From: Eledone cirrhosa
Lineage: Eukaryota
NCBI GenBank assembly: GCA_964016885.1
Contig: OZ024741.1
Span: forward strand, 168,702,001 to 168,766,000
DNA: 64,000 bases
Direction: 5' to 3'
In this document: piece after piece, positions 1 through 14,440 of the stretch
Numbering within the stretch: position 1 is the first letter of the stretch
How the letters are laid out: each line of letters starts with the position of its first letter
The notes under the pieces: generated by a model
Databases searched by the model: none
What the model saw: the letters and a program-made list of their open reading frames with translations, nothing else
What the model was told of the DNA's origin: nothing
Position numbers and translations under genes: made by a program

Positions 1-226
1 TACAGTGAGTGCTGGGTGCTTTTTTGCCATGGCACTTCCACGACCACTTTGCAGTGGAATGATAGGGACCCCAGTCCTTATCATCTCATTTCTACAGCTG
101 AATAAACTGGAGCAATGTGAAATAAAGTGTCTTGCTCAAGGAAACAACACATCACCCGGTCTGAGAATTGAACTCACAACCTATCGATTGCAAGGCCAAT
201 GCTCTAACCACTAAGCCATGTGCTTC
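1..226 (-). mobile_element. tRNA-derived CORE-type SINE (partial, runs off window)
   Basis: Minus strand has A box TGGCTTAGTGG, B box GAGTTCAATTC, then CCTTGAGCAAGACACTTTA core; same family as 278-609 and 11006-11327. Confidence 0.85.
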
Positions 227-277
227 CATATATATACATATAAATATATATGTGTATATATCTATATATCTATATAT

Positions 278-746
<469 letters not shown>

Positions 747-785
747 GATATTAATAAATGGAAACTATATTTATAAAACCATATT

Positions 786-850
786 TATTTCATTATACAT
801 ATTTCAGGGATACCACATTAAATTATGGTATGCCTTCATCAGACAAAATA
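786..850 (-). ncRNA. Minimal type I hammerhead ribozyme (PLE pLTR)
   Basis: Reverse complement of 4139-4203. Confidence 0.8.
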
Positions 851-2383
851 CAATATATAACAGTTTTACAAATAGGTTTGACGTACCCTTTAAAATACAA
901 CCATTACTTTTGGAGGCTGTCCGGATAGTGATTTGTTTATATAATAAGTCATAGAAAAAGACGGAGAGAAAGAAAGAGAAAAGAACAAAGACAGAGAGAG
1001 AGAAAGAAAAGAGAAAGAAAACCTGGAGAAATATCGGAGAGAGAAATGTATGGAGAAAAGAAAGACATAGATAGAGATAGGAGGAAATAAAAAAAAGAAA
1101 GAAAAGGAAGGAATAAGAAAAACAAAGGAAAGCAACAGAGAGATATCAAGTCATCATACAGAAAAAGAAACTCAAGAGAGAGAAATACTATATAGAGAGA
1201 GGGGGACAGTGACAACTTTACGTCATGTCATATTAAGTTAAGTTAACAATTTATATGAAATGAATAATAAAAATATAAATATAAGTACCAATATTCATGA
1301 ATGGGACATAGATATATAATATGAGAAATTAAACATTGTTCAATAATGACTATATGTTTAGTTTAGAAACTTGAGATCAATATACCAAAATCTGAGTTCA
1401 AAATGTACCCTTGCTATAGAGATTAGTATTTTATGCAAAGACATACAAATATATATGTATATATACATACATATAGATACGCACGTCCTGAAAATATAAA
1501 TTATGTTTACTCAAGCCAACAATATAACCATACAAAACGTAAATGATTTCTCTTAATCACTGCTATACACTCATTGTGTTATAAAAATTTCATAGTATAT
1601 ATATACAAATATATACGATTAACAATCATGTCCTCATATATACGATTACCATTCATGTGTTTAATATTATGGCAATCTGCAAGATACCTCTCAACCACAT
1701 AGATATATACACATACATATATACGCATACATATGTATAAATAAATATTTGCGTGCGTCCTCATGCATCACTCATGTATATATACAGACACATATACAAA
1801 CACAAAAAATCTATAACACTTTCTATGCATGTTAATACACACATATGCATTTGTATAGAGATAATCCAATATCAATAAATTACCAAAGGATTATAATTTG
1901 TAAATATAACCACAACAATACAAATTTAAAATACCAAAGGAATATATTTTGGAAATGCAACTATATAGTCAAAAGAAATCTAGAAATATCAAAGCATCAA
2001 AAATCATTAAAACACTATAGAGTATCTTAAGTTAAAATAATATTTTATATATTTAGTAGAGAAATTTATCCTACGTATATCTCAATCAAGATATTAAGAC
2101 TTGTGAAAGTTATGAGAAGCTATTATAATCAAAACAAATAAAAATAATTTAAAAGATTTAAAAAATTTAAAAAACCCAATGATTCTACAGATAACCTTAT
2201 ATTTAATATAGAAATTTACCTTACGTATATTTTATTTAATACATTGGAAGTATAGACATTTTAGAGTAGTTTATTATATCCATGTTTATATTTAGGAAGA
2301 AAGTTTAAAATGAAAAAGGTGAAGGAATCTAATGGATTATCGACAAGTTCTATATATTAACTAAAATTACTTAATTAATTATA

Positions 2384-3264
2384 CTACATTTTAAATTTAT
2401 ATTTATATTTAAACGTTGAGTTCAATCTATGTCTGCAGCAACTGAATAAATTGTTCCTCAGATTAAGGGAATTTTTGGACTTTAATATAAAGAATATTTC
2501 TTCAATACAAAGATCACAATTTTCTGAAGAGGAATTAAAAGGAGTAGCTTTTTTGAAATAATATTCCAATTCATCGAATATTTAATATTATCTCGTTTTA
2601 GGTCCCCTAGTAGGCTAGATAGCGAAGTTGAACATTTTTTGTTTGGATCTGTGAAAGAATTCTTATGATTATTGAAGCGAAATTTAAATTCTGTAGAGGT
2701 GGAACCAACATAGTTAAATGAATTTAAATTAGTTTTAACATTACAATTGTACACTACATTTTTAGCTAAGCAGTTGTTACTTAACGGACAGTTAGATTAT
2801 TTCTACAGTTACAGTTATTTAATTGAATATTGTTTGGGTTATTATTGGTATTTTGGTTAGGTTTTAAATTCCTATTATTAATTCTATTAATATTTTGTGC
2901 TAAATTTTTGGTGGACGAATAAGTTAATTTTATAGTGTGTCTATTAAAAATTGAGTGATATTTATGTGTTCTAGGGAAGCGTAATATATTTCTAATAATA
3001 TATTTCTAGTTCTATTTCTTTTTCGGCTTTTGGAATGATTGTAATGTTTTCTATTATAGTTGTTAAAGTTGTTACCGTAATTGAAATTGTTATTATTTTG
3101 GTTAGTTTGCTTATTATTATTATTATCGATGTATTTAATTTTATTTCTATATCCAGCTCTAGTTAATGCTTCGTTGTAATACTGCGCTTTTTCATCAAAT
3201 ATATTTTTATTAGATGAAATTCTTGAAATTCGTTCTTGAACAGAGTTCACTATAGTATTTTTAA
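2384..3264 (-). pseudogene. PLE RT-thumb plus GIY-YIG endonuclease remnant (frameshifted)
   Basis: RISRISSNKNIF..YYNEAL..AGY, CNC..CPL..CL, VVY, YVGST..FK.R..NH, CDLC..E, CRHR motifs across ORF pieces. Confidence 0.9.
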
Positions 3265-4138
3265 CATGTGTATATATGTATGTGTATATATCTATGTGGT
3301 TGAGAGGTATGTTGCAGATGTGCATAATATTAAACACATGAATGGTAATCGTATATATGAGGACATGATTGTTAATCGTATATATTTGTATATATATACT
3401 TTGAAATTTTTATAACACAATGAGTGTATAGCAGTGATTAAGAGAAATCATTTACGTTTTGTACGGCTAATATTTTCAGGACGTGCGTATCTATATGTAT
3501 GTATATATACATATATATTTGTATGTCTTTGCATAAAATACTAATCTCTATAGCAAGGGTACATTTTGAACTCAGATTTTGGTATATTGATCTCAAGTTT
3601 CTAAACATATGGTCATTATTGAACAATGTTTAATTTCTCATATTATATATCTATGTCCCATTCATGAATATTGATACTTATATTTATATTTTTATTATTC
3701 ATTTCATATAAATTGTTAACTTAACTTAATATGACATGACGTAAAGTTGTCACTGTCCCCCTCTCTCTATATAGTATTTCTCTCTCTTGAGTTTCTTTTT
3801 CTGTATGATGACTTGATATCTCTCTGTTGCTTTCCTTTGTTTTTCTTATTCCTTCCTTTTCTTTCTTTTTTCTTTTATTTCCTCCTATCTCTATCTATCT
3901 CTTTCTTTTCTCCATACATTTCTCTCTCTCTCCGATATTTCTCCAGGTTTTCTTTCTCTTTTCTTTCTCTCTCTCTCTCTGTCTTTGTGCTTTTCTCTTT
4001 CTTTCTCTCCGTCTTTTTCTAATTGTGCTTAACACTATCACTTATTATATAAACAAATCACTATCCGGACAGCCTCCAAAAGTAATGGTTGTATTTTAAA
4101 GGGTACGTCAAACCTATTTGTAAAACTGTTATACATTG

Positions 4139-4203
4139 TATTTTGTCTGATGAAGGCATACCATAATTTAATGTGGTATCCCTGAAATATGTATAATGAA
4201 ATA
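4139..4203 (+). ncRNA. Minimal type I hammerhead ribozyme (PLE pLTR)
   Basis: TATTTTGT-CTGATGA-AGGCATACCAT..GTGGTATCCCT-GAAA-T-ATGT-A-TA-ATGAAATA; stems I-III pair. Confidence 0.8.
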
Positions 4204-4356
4204 AATATGGTTTTATAAATATAGTTTCCATTTATTAATATCGTATATCTACTCCAAAAATTTATATCAGTTATAAAAATTTATATCAGTTATAAAAATA
4301 TTTACTTGTTGTATCCCAACAACTTTAAATAAAACTTTTGCATATATATATATATA

Positions 4357-4490
4357 TTTATTAAAATAACAGATTAAAGTTTAAGCAAAGAATATTTGCT
4401 CTACGGTTCTTATATATTTGATATATATATTTGATATATATTTATCCTTATCGAGCCCTCTTTGGATTTTAGTCTTCAGATTTATTATTG

Positions 4491-4540
<50 letters not shown>

Positions 4541-4665
4541 ATAATAAATCTGGAGACTAAAATCCAAAGAGGGCTCGATAAGGATAAATATATATCAAAT
4601 ATATATCAAATATATAAGAACCGTAGAGCAAATATTCTTTGCTTAAACTTTAATCTGTTATTTTA

Positions 4666-4672
<7 letters not shown>
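4357..4672. repeat. Inverted pair of ~135-bp PLE 3' termini around a (TA)n tract
   Basis: 4357-4491 is the reverse complement of 4538-4672; terminus TTTGCTTAAACTTTAATCTGTTATTTTAATAAA is shared with the PLE end at 47652-47685. Confidence 0.75.
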
Positions 4673-4712
<40 letters not shown>

Positions 4713-4736
4713 TATATTGAGTGAGTGTGAAAGACA

Positions 4737-4949
4737 TTATTGAAAGTCTCCAGAATACGCAAAATATATAATATTTTTTATTGGAGAAGGTAAGATATTT
4801 TTCTGAAAAAATTTGATTGCACTGTTTTGTTTCCATTTATGTATTTTTTGAAAAGGTTATTTATTCATTATAAAAATTAAATGATAGCATTCTATGCGTA
4901 GGTGGGCTCCCTTCATCTGACAATCAATATCTTAAAACCTAGTCTGCCA

Positions 4950-4984
<35 letters not shown>

Positions 4985-5914
4985 GCCAATCATTGTAAGT
5001 TTGAATCTAACTGACATGCAACAACATATACATAGGAATAAGGTAAGTCCAAATCATAGTAGATTTAAATATTACAGAGAGAAAGAGAGAGCGAGAGAGA
5101 GAGAGAGAGAAAGAGAGAGGGGGAGAGAGAGAAAGAGAGGAGGAGGAGAAATGAGGTGCAACAGAAATGAAACATGGATTACAGTCTAAAATATAGTCTA
5201 AATAGATGTGAAACAAAACGAGCATGTAGTTTATGGAGCACCCAAAGGATTTAGAAGTCGACTTTAAGTAGGAGCAATAGCATTAAGAAAGTAATGAACA
5301 ACACCACAAAACTTTGTTTTGTAAATTTTGAAAGTAGGTTTATAAGTATGAATTTTCATGAGATTTTAGAAGTTGTCTCTGTGGCCTATTGGTATGTACT
5401 AGAGATGGTGGAGATCCTGGTCAAGAGGCCCATGTAACCTTTTTCAGTTTTTATTTTACGATCCATAGAAAAAAATGAAAAGGTTTACTTGGAAACCTAC
5501 TCCCGACCAGGATCAAACTTCAGGCCAGGATCACCACTGCCTATGATTCTTCCAACTAGGCCACCGAGACAGCTACAAAAGTATAATGAAAATTGATAGT
5601 TATAAACCTACTTTCAAAATCAAAGTTAAAAAGATGTGTTGTCGTTCATCGCTTTCCTAGAGCTATTAGTGATATTTAGGGTCGACTTCTGGTCGTTATT
5701 GAAAGTCTCTGGATTTCGCAAAATACATCATATTTTTTTATTGGAGAAGGTAAGATATTTTTCTACAAAAATTTGACTGCACTGTTTTGTTTCCACTTAA
5801 GTATTTTTCAAAATGTTATTTATTCATTATAAAAATTACATGATAGTATTCTATATGCCAGTGGGCCCTCTTCATCTCCTGGCAACCAATATTTTTAGAC
5901 CCAGTCCACCACTG
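4737..5914. mobile_element. DNA-transposon/MITE remnant
   Basis: Diverged direct repeats 4737-4952 and 5696-5914 ending CCCAGTCCACCACTG (TIR-like); internal diverged inverted repeat 5252-5422 / 5506-5690. Confidence 0.5.
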
Positions 5915-5928
5915 TATATATATATATA

Positions 5929-6470
5929 TAAAAGAGAGATAAACACAGATATATACATATATGTGTTCAAATCAAAAGGGACCAGATTCGCTAGGGTGAA
6001 AAATATACAAACTATGAAAAATAGGGTTTGCCAGACTCAATTTAAAAGAATAAATTAAGAAAAAGAATACAAACCGAAATTGTGACAACTGTCAGACACC
6101 CAGCTTTTGGTAATGCTGTTTCGTAATTTAGTAATAGGGAAATACCAATTCTATTGCTCGTCAGTGGGTGTGAAATTAGTAAACCTTCACTTCTAAGTAT
6201 CTCAGAGGACTGAACGGTGTGCGTATATAAAATAACGCACATGACATCCAGAACCTAGGGTGTCTCATGAAATGTATGCTACTAAAAATAGCAGCCAAGT
6301 TCACTCAACATTTAAGGTAGCTCACCAAATTCAAAGAGCCGAATATATCAAAGTTATATATTGAGTTATAAACTCAAAATAGTCTCTTACAATTAAATAG
6401 CTCAAGGAAAGAAATTTGTCCGGGCCGTGTAATATAATTGAAAATAAAAGAGAGATAAACACAGATATAT
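5929..6470 (-). mobile_element. Non-coding ~517-bp unit with terminal direct repeat and a degenerate HHR
   Basis: TAAAAGAGAGATAAACACAGATATATA at both ends; minus strand CACCCA-CTGACGA...GAAA...TGGGTG at 6097-6170; flanked by (TA)n. Confidence 0.55.
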
Positions 6471-6685
6471 AATTGTTACATAATTGTGTGTTGTATATAT
6501 ATACTTGTGTGTTGTATATATATATAATTATATATATATATAATTATATATATAATTATATATAATTATATATATAATTATATATATATATATATATTAT
6601 ATATAATAGGACAACACACAATTGTGTGTTGTATATATATATATAATTATATATATATATATATTATATATAATTATATTATATA

Positions 6686-6754
<69 letters not shown>

Positions 6755-6864
6755 GGACAACACACAATTGTGTGTTGTATATATATATAATTATATATAT
6801 ATATAATAGGACAACACACAATTGTGTGTTGTATATATATATAATTATATATATATATTATATA

Positions 6865-6934
<70 letters not shown>

Positions 6935-6936
<2 letters not shown>

Positions 6937-9653
6937 CAAAAGGGATATTTAATTTGTTGGTAATTCAACAAATATATATATTTATAACTGATTTTCTGGA
7001 GTATAATATCAATGATATTAATAAATGGAAACTATATTTATAAAACCATATTTATTCTATTATATATATTTCAAGGGTACCAAAATTTTGGTACGCCCTC
7101 ATCAGATAAAATACAAAGTTTGTTTTATAAATACTGACATATCCAGGAAGGAGATCTTAACGGTTCAAGTTTTTCCTGGATGCATAGAAAAATCCCAGAA
7201 ATGACCGGAGGTTTATATCGTAACGATATGTTACTTTTATTTGAAAACCATAGCAATAGTGAAAGTAATAGGAAAAAGAAATCCATAATACAGTTTTTCA
7301 ACAACTACAACCTTAATTTAGAAATCGAGAATAATTATAAAATCGTTAACTTCTTAGATGTAACTTTAAACCTTAGCTCGGCTCTTTATTATCCATTCCA
7401 TAAAATTAATGAAAATCTAAATTACGTAAGTTTTAATTCTAATCAACCTAGAAATATAAAAAAATACTATTATCAATAGTGACCAGCAACGGATTCACAC
7501 ATCTCTGCTAATAAAAATATTTTTGATGATAAGGCAGAATATTACAATGAGGCTTTACATAGAACAGGATACTCGGATAAAATTAAATACTTAGACAACA
7601 ATAACATGATAAATCATCCTAAAATGTATTATAACAACAATAAGCAATTCAACTTAAATAGCAAACCAAACAAAAAAAAAATAGAACTAGAAATATTATT
7701 TGGCGTTAAAATACCTTTAGCAAAGCTATTTTTCAAAGCACTGGATAAGTGTTTTCCTAAAGCCCACAGATACCACTCTATTTTTAAGAGACACATTATA
7801 AAACTATCCTACTCTACTACCATGAACATAGCACACAATATAAATAGAATTAATAATAGAAACTTAAATTTAAACCCTAACCAAACAAACTAAGCTAGCA
7901 ATAATAATATTTCTAATAACAATATTCATAATAATAGTATCATTCCTAGTAACAACAACTCCAGAAAATGTAACTGTAGAATTGAATCAAACTGCCCTTT
8001 ACAAAATAATTGCTTAAACAAAAACTTAATTTATAAATGCACAGTTAAAATTAGAGACAAAATATTTAACTATATAGGTGCCACATTTACAAAATTCAAA
8101 CATACATTTAATAGGTCCGATAAAAAATCTTCTACTTCACTTTCACATCTAATTTGGAATTTAAAGGACAACAATATAGACTATTCAATATCTTCGGGAA
8201 CGATTTCGAAAGCACCTGCATGCCGAAATATGGCTTTCTCAAGAATCTGTCATTTGTATCGAGGACATTTTTTAATATAATTAACTGTCAAAACTCTATT
8301 AATTTAAAAACAAACATCTTGCAGACATCGCCAAAAATCCACTTTCCGAAGTACTTTTAATCTATGATTTTAATTACACTTGACTACATCTTATACACAT
8401 TTAAAATGATCCTATTATTTACTGAGGTTTTCTTTAAAAAATTAAATTTTTTAAAATGATCTTCCTTCTTAAATTTAGTATTTTTACCATTTGATATTCT
8501 TTTCCTAATGATACACTTCTTAATCTATTTTTGAGATTTAGATTGATACTTTTTAATTGACATTCTGAAAGATGTACTCTTTACGATAGTTCTTCTAAAT
8601 GCACTCTTGACTTATCTAATAATACATTTTTTCCTGTCTTTAATCTTCAAACTGTTCACACATCTTTCGACGTAGATAATATGTAATAGAAATTCTCATC
8701 CTTGAAAAACATAAAATACCTTATAATCTCACACAAAATAATATATAATTTCCTCTACATACTTTCTAAGAAAATCATTCATCAAATTTAATGGTTAGCA
8801 ATTAATATTGGAGTTATCTTTTCCTTTACAATTGAGCAAACATAGTCATAATAACTTGTGTGATAAATTATATAATTTCAATTAACAATGTTCTGAAAAC
8901 ATTTTCAATGTTGGATGAAAATATTTGAATCTACAAATTGTTCTTCTCTTACAATTTGAACTACGTCTTTTTCTTAAATATTTATGAAAAATGTAAAATC
9001 AACATCCTTCGTAACTCATATTAGAAATGTAAACAATTAATACATGTGTTTTATTTCTATAAAATCACCAATAATACTTATACTTGCACACTTATTAATC
9101 TATATAGATATTTATATACTTACAACCTGTTGCAATATAATAAGATAAAACGTACTTACAACCATAATTCTTCATATAATCTAATTGATTATATATATAA
9201 TATTATAACTCATACTATAGCTAAATAATTTTTTTTTTAATTCAGGAATCATATTCCACCATTCCTACAAACTGTTCTTTTTAAATTCACGTAAATACAA
9301 GCTTTTCTTTCTTTCTCTTTCTTCTTCCTACATATATATATCCTAATAATTATTTAAATCTACCTAGCGTCTAAAAATAACGTTTTTTTTTCAGCACTAT
9401 ACCTCAACCTCATTTGCATATTCATCTTAATAATTTGAAATATTTGACTTTTCCTCTCTTTCCCCTCTTTCCTTTTACTATCCAGGAAAAACTTGAACCG
9501 TTAAGATCTCCTTCCTGGATATGTCAATATTTATAAAACAAACCTTGTATTTTATCTGATGAGAGCGTACCAGAGTTTTGGTACCCTTGAAATATATATA
9601 ATAGAATAAATATGGTTTTATAAATATAGTTTCCATTTATTAATATCATTGAT
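6935..9653 (+). mobile_element. 5'-truncated Penelope-like element with inverted pLTR
   Basis: 7006-7180 is inverted relative to 9481-9653; HHRs at 7053-7113 (-) and 9548-9608 (+); tail 6935-7005; pLTR is similar to the 744-4340 element. Confidence 0.9.
7181..8360 (+). pseudogene. PLE RT C-terminus plus GIY-YIG remnant
   Basis: GGLYRND, VNFLDVTLNL, YYPFHK.NE.L.YV..SN.P, IKLSYSTT.N, CNC..CPL..CL, YIG.T..FK; stops and frameshifts present. Confidence 0.9.
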
Positions 9654-9691
9654 ATATATATATTTATATATATAAAATAATTAATCAAATA

Positions 9692-10140
9692 TTTAAAATT
9701 TGGCTTCGTTTATTAAAGATGTACTGCTATATATATTTCGGTGACAGCCATCTTTGGCTGTGACCTCTTCAGGCAGTCCGAATTAGTGTGGTAGAGACGA
9801 GTACACATGTTGTTGAGGTGTATAACTTTGTCAATACTCTGATATGCCCAGTTCCTGGTTGGGTTGTTATTTCACTGAGGAACTGGAATCATATGATATG
9901 ATTCCAGTTCCTCAGTGTACTCGTCTCTACCACACTAATTCGGACTGCCTGAAGAGATCACAGCCAAAGATGGCTGTCACCGAAATATATATAGCAGTAA
10001 AAAACGAAGCCAAATTTTAAACAATTGACTTATATTATATTTTATTTTATTTTACATTACTCCGGAGTAACCAAACCAACCTGCGCACTTCATCGAGTGC
10101 TCCAATCTGCATACTAAGGTGTTGGTATACAACCAACATA
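9692..10140. mobile_element. Mini fold-back element made of two inverted HHR-bearing pLTRs
   Basis: Arms 9692-9806 and 9915-10021; HHR ACTGC-CTGAAGA..CACAGCCA/TGGCTGT..GAAA-T-ATAT-A-TA-GCAGT on both strands; one-sided tail 10022-10140. Confidence 0.8.
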
Positions 10141-10149
10141 TATATAAAA

Positions 10150-10218
<69 letters not shown>

Positions 10219-10239
10219 GATGACTGCAAACTATGCTAA

Positions 10240-10907
<668 letters not shown>

Positions 10908-10943
10908 TATATATAATATATATATATGTACATATATATAATA

Positions 10944-10976
<33 letters not shown>

Positions 10977-11005
10977 GTACATATATATATAATATATATA
11001 TATGT

Positions 11006-11327
11006 ATCATCATCATCATCATCATCATTTTACGTCCGCTTTTCCCTACTTGCAAGGGTGGGATGGGAACTGATTCTGGCTAGATTGCTACAGCTGGATG
11101 TCCTTCCTAACACCAACCTCATTTACAGTGAGTGCTGGGTGCTTTTTTTGCCGTGGCACCTCCACGACCACTTTGCAGTGGAATGATATGGACACCAGTC
11201 CCTATCATCTTATTTCTACAGCTGAGTAAACTGGAGCAATGTGAAATAAAGTGTCTTGCTCAAGGAAACAACACATCAACCTTTCGATTGCAAGGCCAAT
11301 GCTCTAACCACTAAGCCATGTGCCTCC
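11006..11327 (-). mobile_element. tRNA-derived CORE-type SINE with (ATG)n tail
   Basis: Same family as 1-226; RTE-type 3' end plus (CAT)n on the plus strand. Confidence 0.85.
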
Positions 11328-11356
11328 ATGTGTATATATATATATATATATATATA

Positions 11357-11874
11357 TTGTTATACTTGGGGAGGGTCATATTTGTGTAATATTGCCAGAA
11401 TTAATAACAGAACACACTCACTGTTTGGTTGGTTTTCTGTTTTCGCTTCTGTGTCTTTTATATCGGTAATTTAATTTATTCGGTCCTCAATGTTGCCATT
11501 GACTGACCAATGGTAAAAAATACAGATACAATATAGACACAAACACATATATATAGTTTATCAAAGTTCTTTCGTTGCACATCTGCAACATCGTCAGTGG
11601 TGCTATTGTTTCATCCCGCTACATTGTATGTCTACGCCATCTTTATTGAGTCTGTTTATATATTTATTTATTTATTTGTTTGTTTGTTTATTTTATTTTG
11701 TCTTCTTTGCGCATGCGTTTGCGTGTGTGTATAGTGTTTTATTTGACGTGTGTTCGTGATTGGGTGATTGTGTGGTCTGTTATTAATTCTGGCAATATTA
11801 CACAAATATGACCCTCCCCAAGTATAACAATATTTGTTTCGACACACGATTTCATATAAAAAACCTCGCAAAAC

Positions 11875-11875
<1 letters not shown>
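11357..11875 (-). mobile_element. Non-coding HHR element (subfamily D) with inverted end and tail
   Basis: Inverted 55-bp ends 11357-11411 / 11776-11830; HHR CTGACGA-TGTTGCA-GATG-TGCAAC-GAAA at 11560-11601; sister copy at 31020-31300. Confidence 0.75.
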
Positions 11876-11944
<69 letters not shown>

Positions 11945-12232
11945 CATACATACATACATACATACATACATACATACATACATACATACATACATACATA
12001 CATACACACATGCACATATATCTTCGTTTAACATCCATCTTCCACACTTCCATGTGTATGACAGGCTGTCCCTTTGTGAGAAATCAGGTCGGAGAACCAT
12101 GATTCACTCACACACAGAACTTATTTTGGCTTGGTTTCTATGGCTGGATGCCCTCCCTAAGGCCAACCATATTTACAGTGTATACTTGGTGCTTTAGCCA
12201 TGTCGCCTACATAACCACTTTACAGCATGGAC

Positions 12233-13068
12233 TGGAGAAAATGAAACGAAATTTCATTTCCCACTCTTAGTACGGCTGTTACTTAAATATAAGTATGTAC
12301 ACGTACATACATATATGTATACAGACGTACAGTAGTATGTATATATAAATACATACATGCACACATATATATATATGTACGTATGGATTCACCGAACAGT
12401 TATTATAATGCTCGGTGTGTTTGTAAACAAACATCCCGTATTAAGCCGTACAGTGTCTAGCAACCATCGTTGCTCGTTTGTTCAACACTGACAAAGGAAC
12501 GCTGTACTAGTTTCAAGCTTATTAGCTATCATCAGCAACGTATACCTTCCTGCCAGATTGTTGAACGTAGATACTTACCTTATGCATATTAACGACTGAG
12601 TAGCCCAATTTGCATATCGAGTGGGTTCATCGGCCGGGTGCACCGAAAACGATAAACGGAGAAAATGAAACGAAATTTCATTTCCCACTCTTAGTATGGC
12701 TGTTACTTAAATATAAGTATGTACACGTACATACATACATGTATACAGACGTACAGTAGTATGTATATATAATATATACATACATGCACATATATATATA
12801 TATGTACGTATGGATTCACCGAACATTTATTATAATGCTCGGTGTGTTTGTAAACAACCATCCCGTATTAAGCCGTAGTGTCCAGCAACCATCGTTGCTC
12901 GTTTGTTCAACATACGGGCTTAATACGGGATGTTTGTTTACAAACACACCGAGCATTATAATAAATGTTCGGTGAATCCATACGTACATATATATATGTG
13001 TGCATGTATGTATATATATATATATACTACTGTACGTCTGTATACATATATGTATGTACGTGTACATA

Positions 13069-13070
<2 letters not shown>
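12233..13070 (-). mobile_element. Retrozyme-like ~425-bp unit (about 1.6 tandem copies plus terminal inversion)
   Basis: Unit starts at 12233 and repeats at ~12658; inversion at ~12913-13070; HHR ACGTTG-CTGATGA-TAGCT-AATA-AGCTT-GAAA-CTAG-TA-CAGCGT at 12499-12541. Confidence 0.8.
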
Positions 13071-13147
<77 letters not shown>

Positions 13148-13177
13148 ATATATATATACATATATATATATACATAT

Positions 13178-13532
13178 ATTGTTATACTTTGGGAGGGTCA
13201 TGTTGCCAATAAGAAACACACGCACCAGTTGCTTTCACTTCAATTTATTATAATAAATTTATAAATTTAGGAATTTATAAATTTCCAGTTGGTTGGTTGG
13301 TTCCACAACCAGATGATTGTTTATATATTGTCAAATTTCTTTCGTCACACATTCTGTGACCTCTTCAGTGACTGGGGATTCTTTTCTTTGTTTTTGTGCC
13401 TCTCCTTTGTTCTGTCCTACGCCATCTTGTTTTTTCCAAAATATAACAATATCGGGTTTTTCCAAAGTATAACAATATCGGTTTCAACACACGATTTCAG
13501 ATAAAGAATCTTGCTAAACAAATTCAGAAACG
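13178..13532 (-). mobile_element. Non-coding HHR element (family E)
   Basis: HHR GTCA-CTGAAGA-GGTCACA-GAATG-TGTGAC-GAAA..TT-TGAC at 13330-13372; copies at 44702, 59751 and 62311. Confidence 0.8.
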
Positions 13533-13576
13533 AAATATATACACATATATATACATATATATACATATATATATAT

Positions 13577-13672
<96 letters not shown>

Positions 13673-14179
13673 ATATATATATACATACATACATATATAT
13701 ATATATATATTTATATGTGTGTGTATATATATATATGATCATTTTTACATTTATCGTTCCACGTTAAGCGCTTGACTTAAAGCCTAATGGTTTCAATGCG
13801 TAGTGAATACGATATTACTATTTTCTGCATATTAATAATTGATTCAAAGTTAACAGCTGTAAAAATATATTTCTAATTTTTTATTTTCTAATATAATATT
13901 ACAGACTACTGATTCAGACGGCTATGATTTAACCTTAGCCGAGGTCTCCATTATGCAACCGTGTATTGAATAAGTTTCCACTTCAATAGTTTTGTTATGG
14001 GAAATTTATTAAAAAATATAAAGTTATTACTATAGCCCTGTCAATGTACCCCCTTTATGTTGACTACATTAATACTGATTTCTAATTGAGGCTCAAGGTC
14101 AGCAAATTTGGGGTAAGTCCACAGTTGATTAAATCAACTACAGTACTTCATTTTCTCCAGTGGATTAAAATATTTGCTG

Positions 14180-14440
14180 TCAACCTATCTAAACACTTCA
14201 AACATTGACTAACCACCCAAATACTCCCAACATAGACTACTCTTCTAAACACCCCAACCATAGACTACCCATCCAAATACCCCAATTATATATTACCCAT
14301 ATAAATACTTCATACATAGTTTACCCTTCTAAAACCCCAACTATAGAATGCCTATCCAAACACCGCAAATATAGACTACCCAAGGAAACACACCAACAAT
14401 AGACTACCCACCTAAACACCTTAACTATAGACTAACTATC
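14180..14440. repeat. ~27-bp degenerate minisatellite
   Basis: Repeating ATAGACTACCCA..AAACACCCCAA unit. Confidence 0.7.

Noticed and set aside
160-226. tRNA-like sequences with A and B boxes
   Set aside because: They are SINE heads running into core and tail sequence; no complete cloverleaf.
12575-12616. Splice donor AGGTAAGT and octamer ATGCAAAT in the 425-bp unit (minus strand)
   Set aside because: The donor is not conserved in the 30.6-kb copy, and a lone octamer is insufficient evidence of a promoter.
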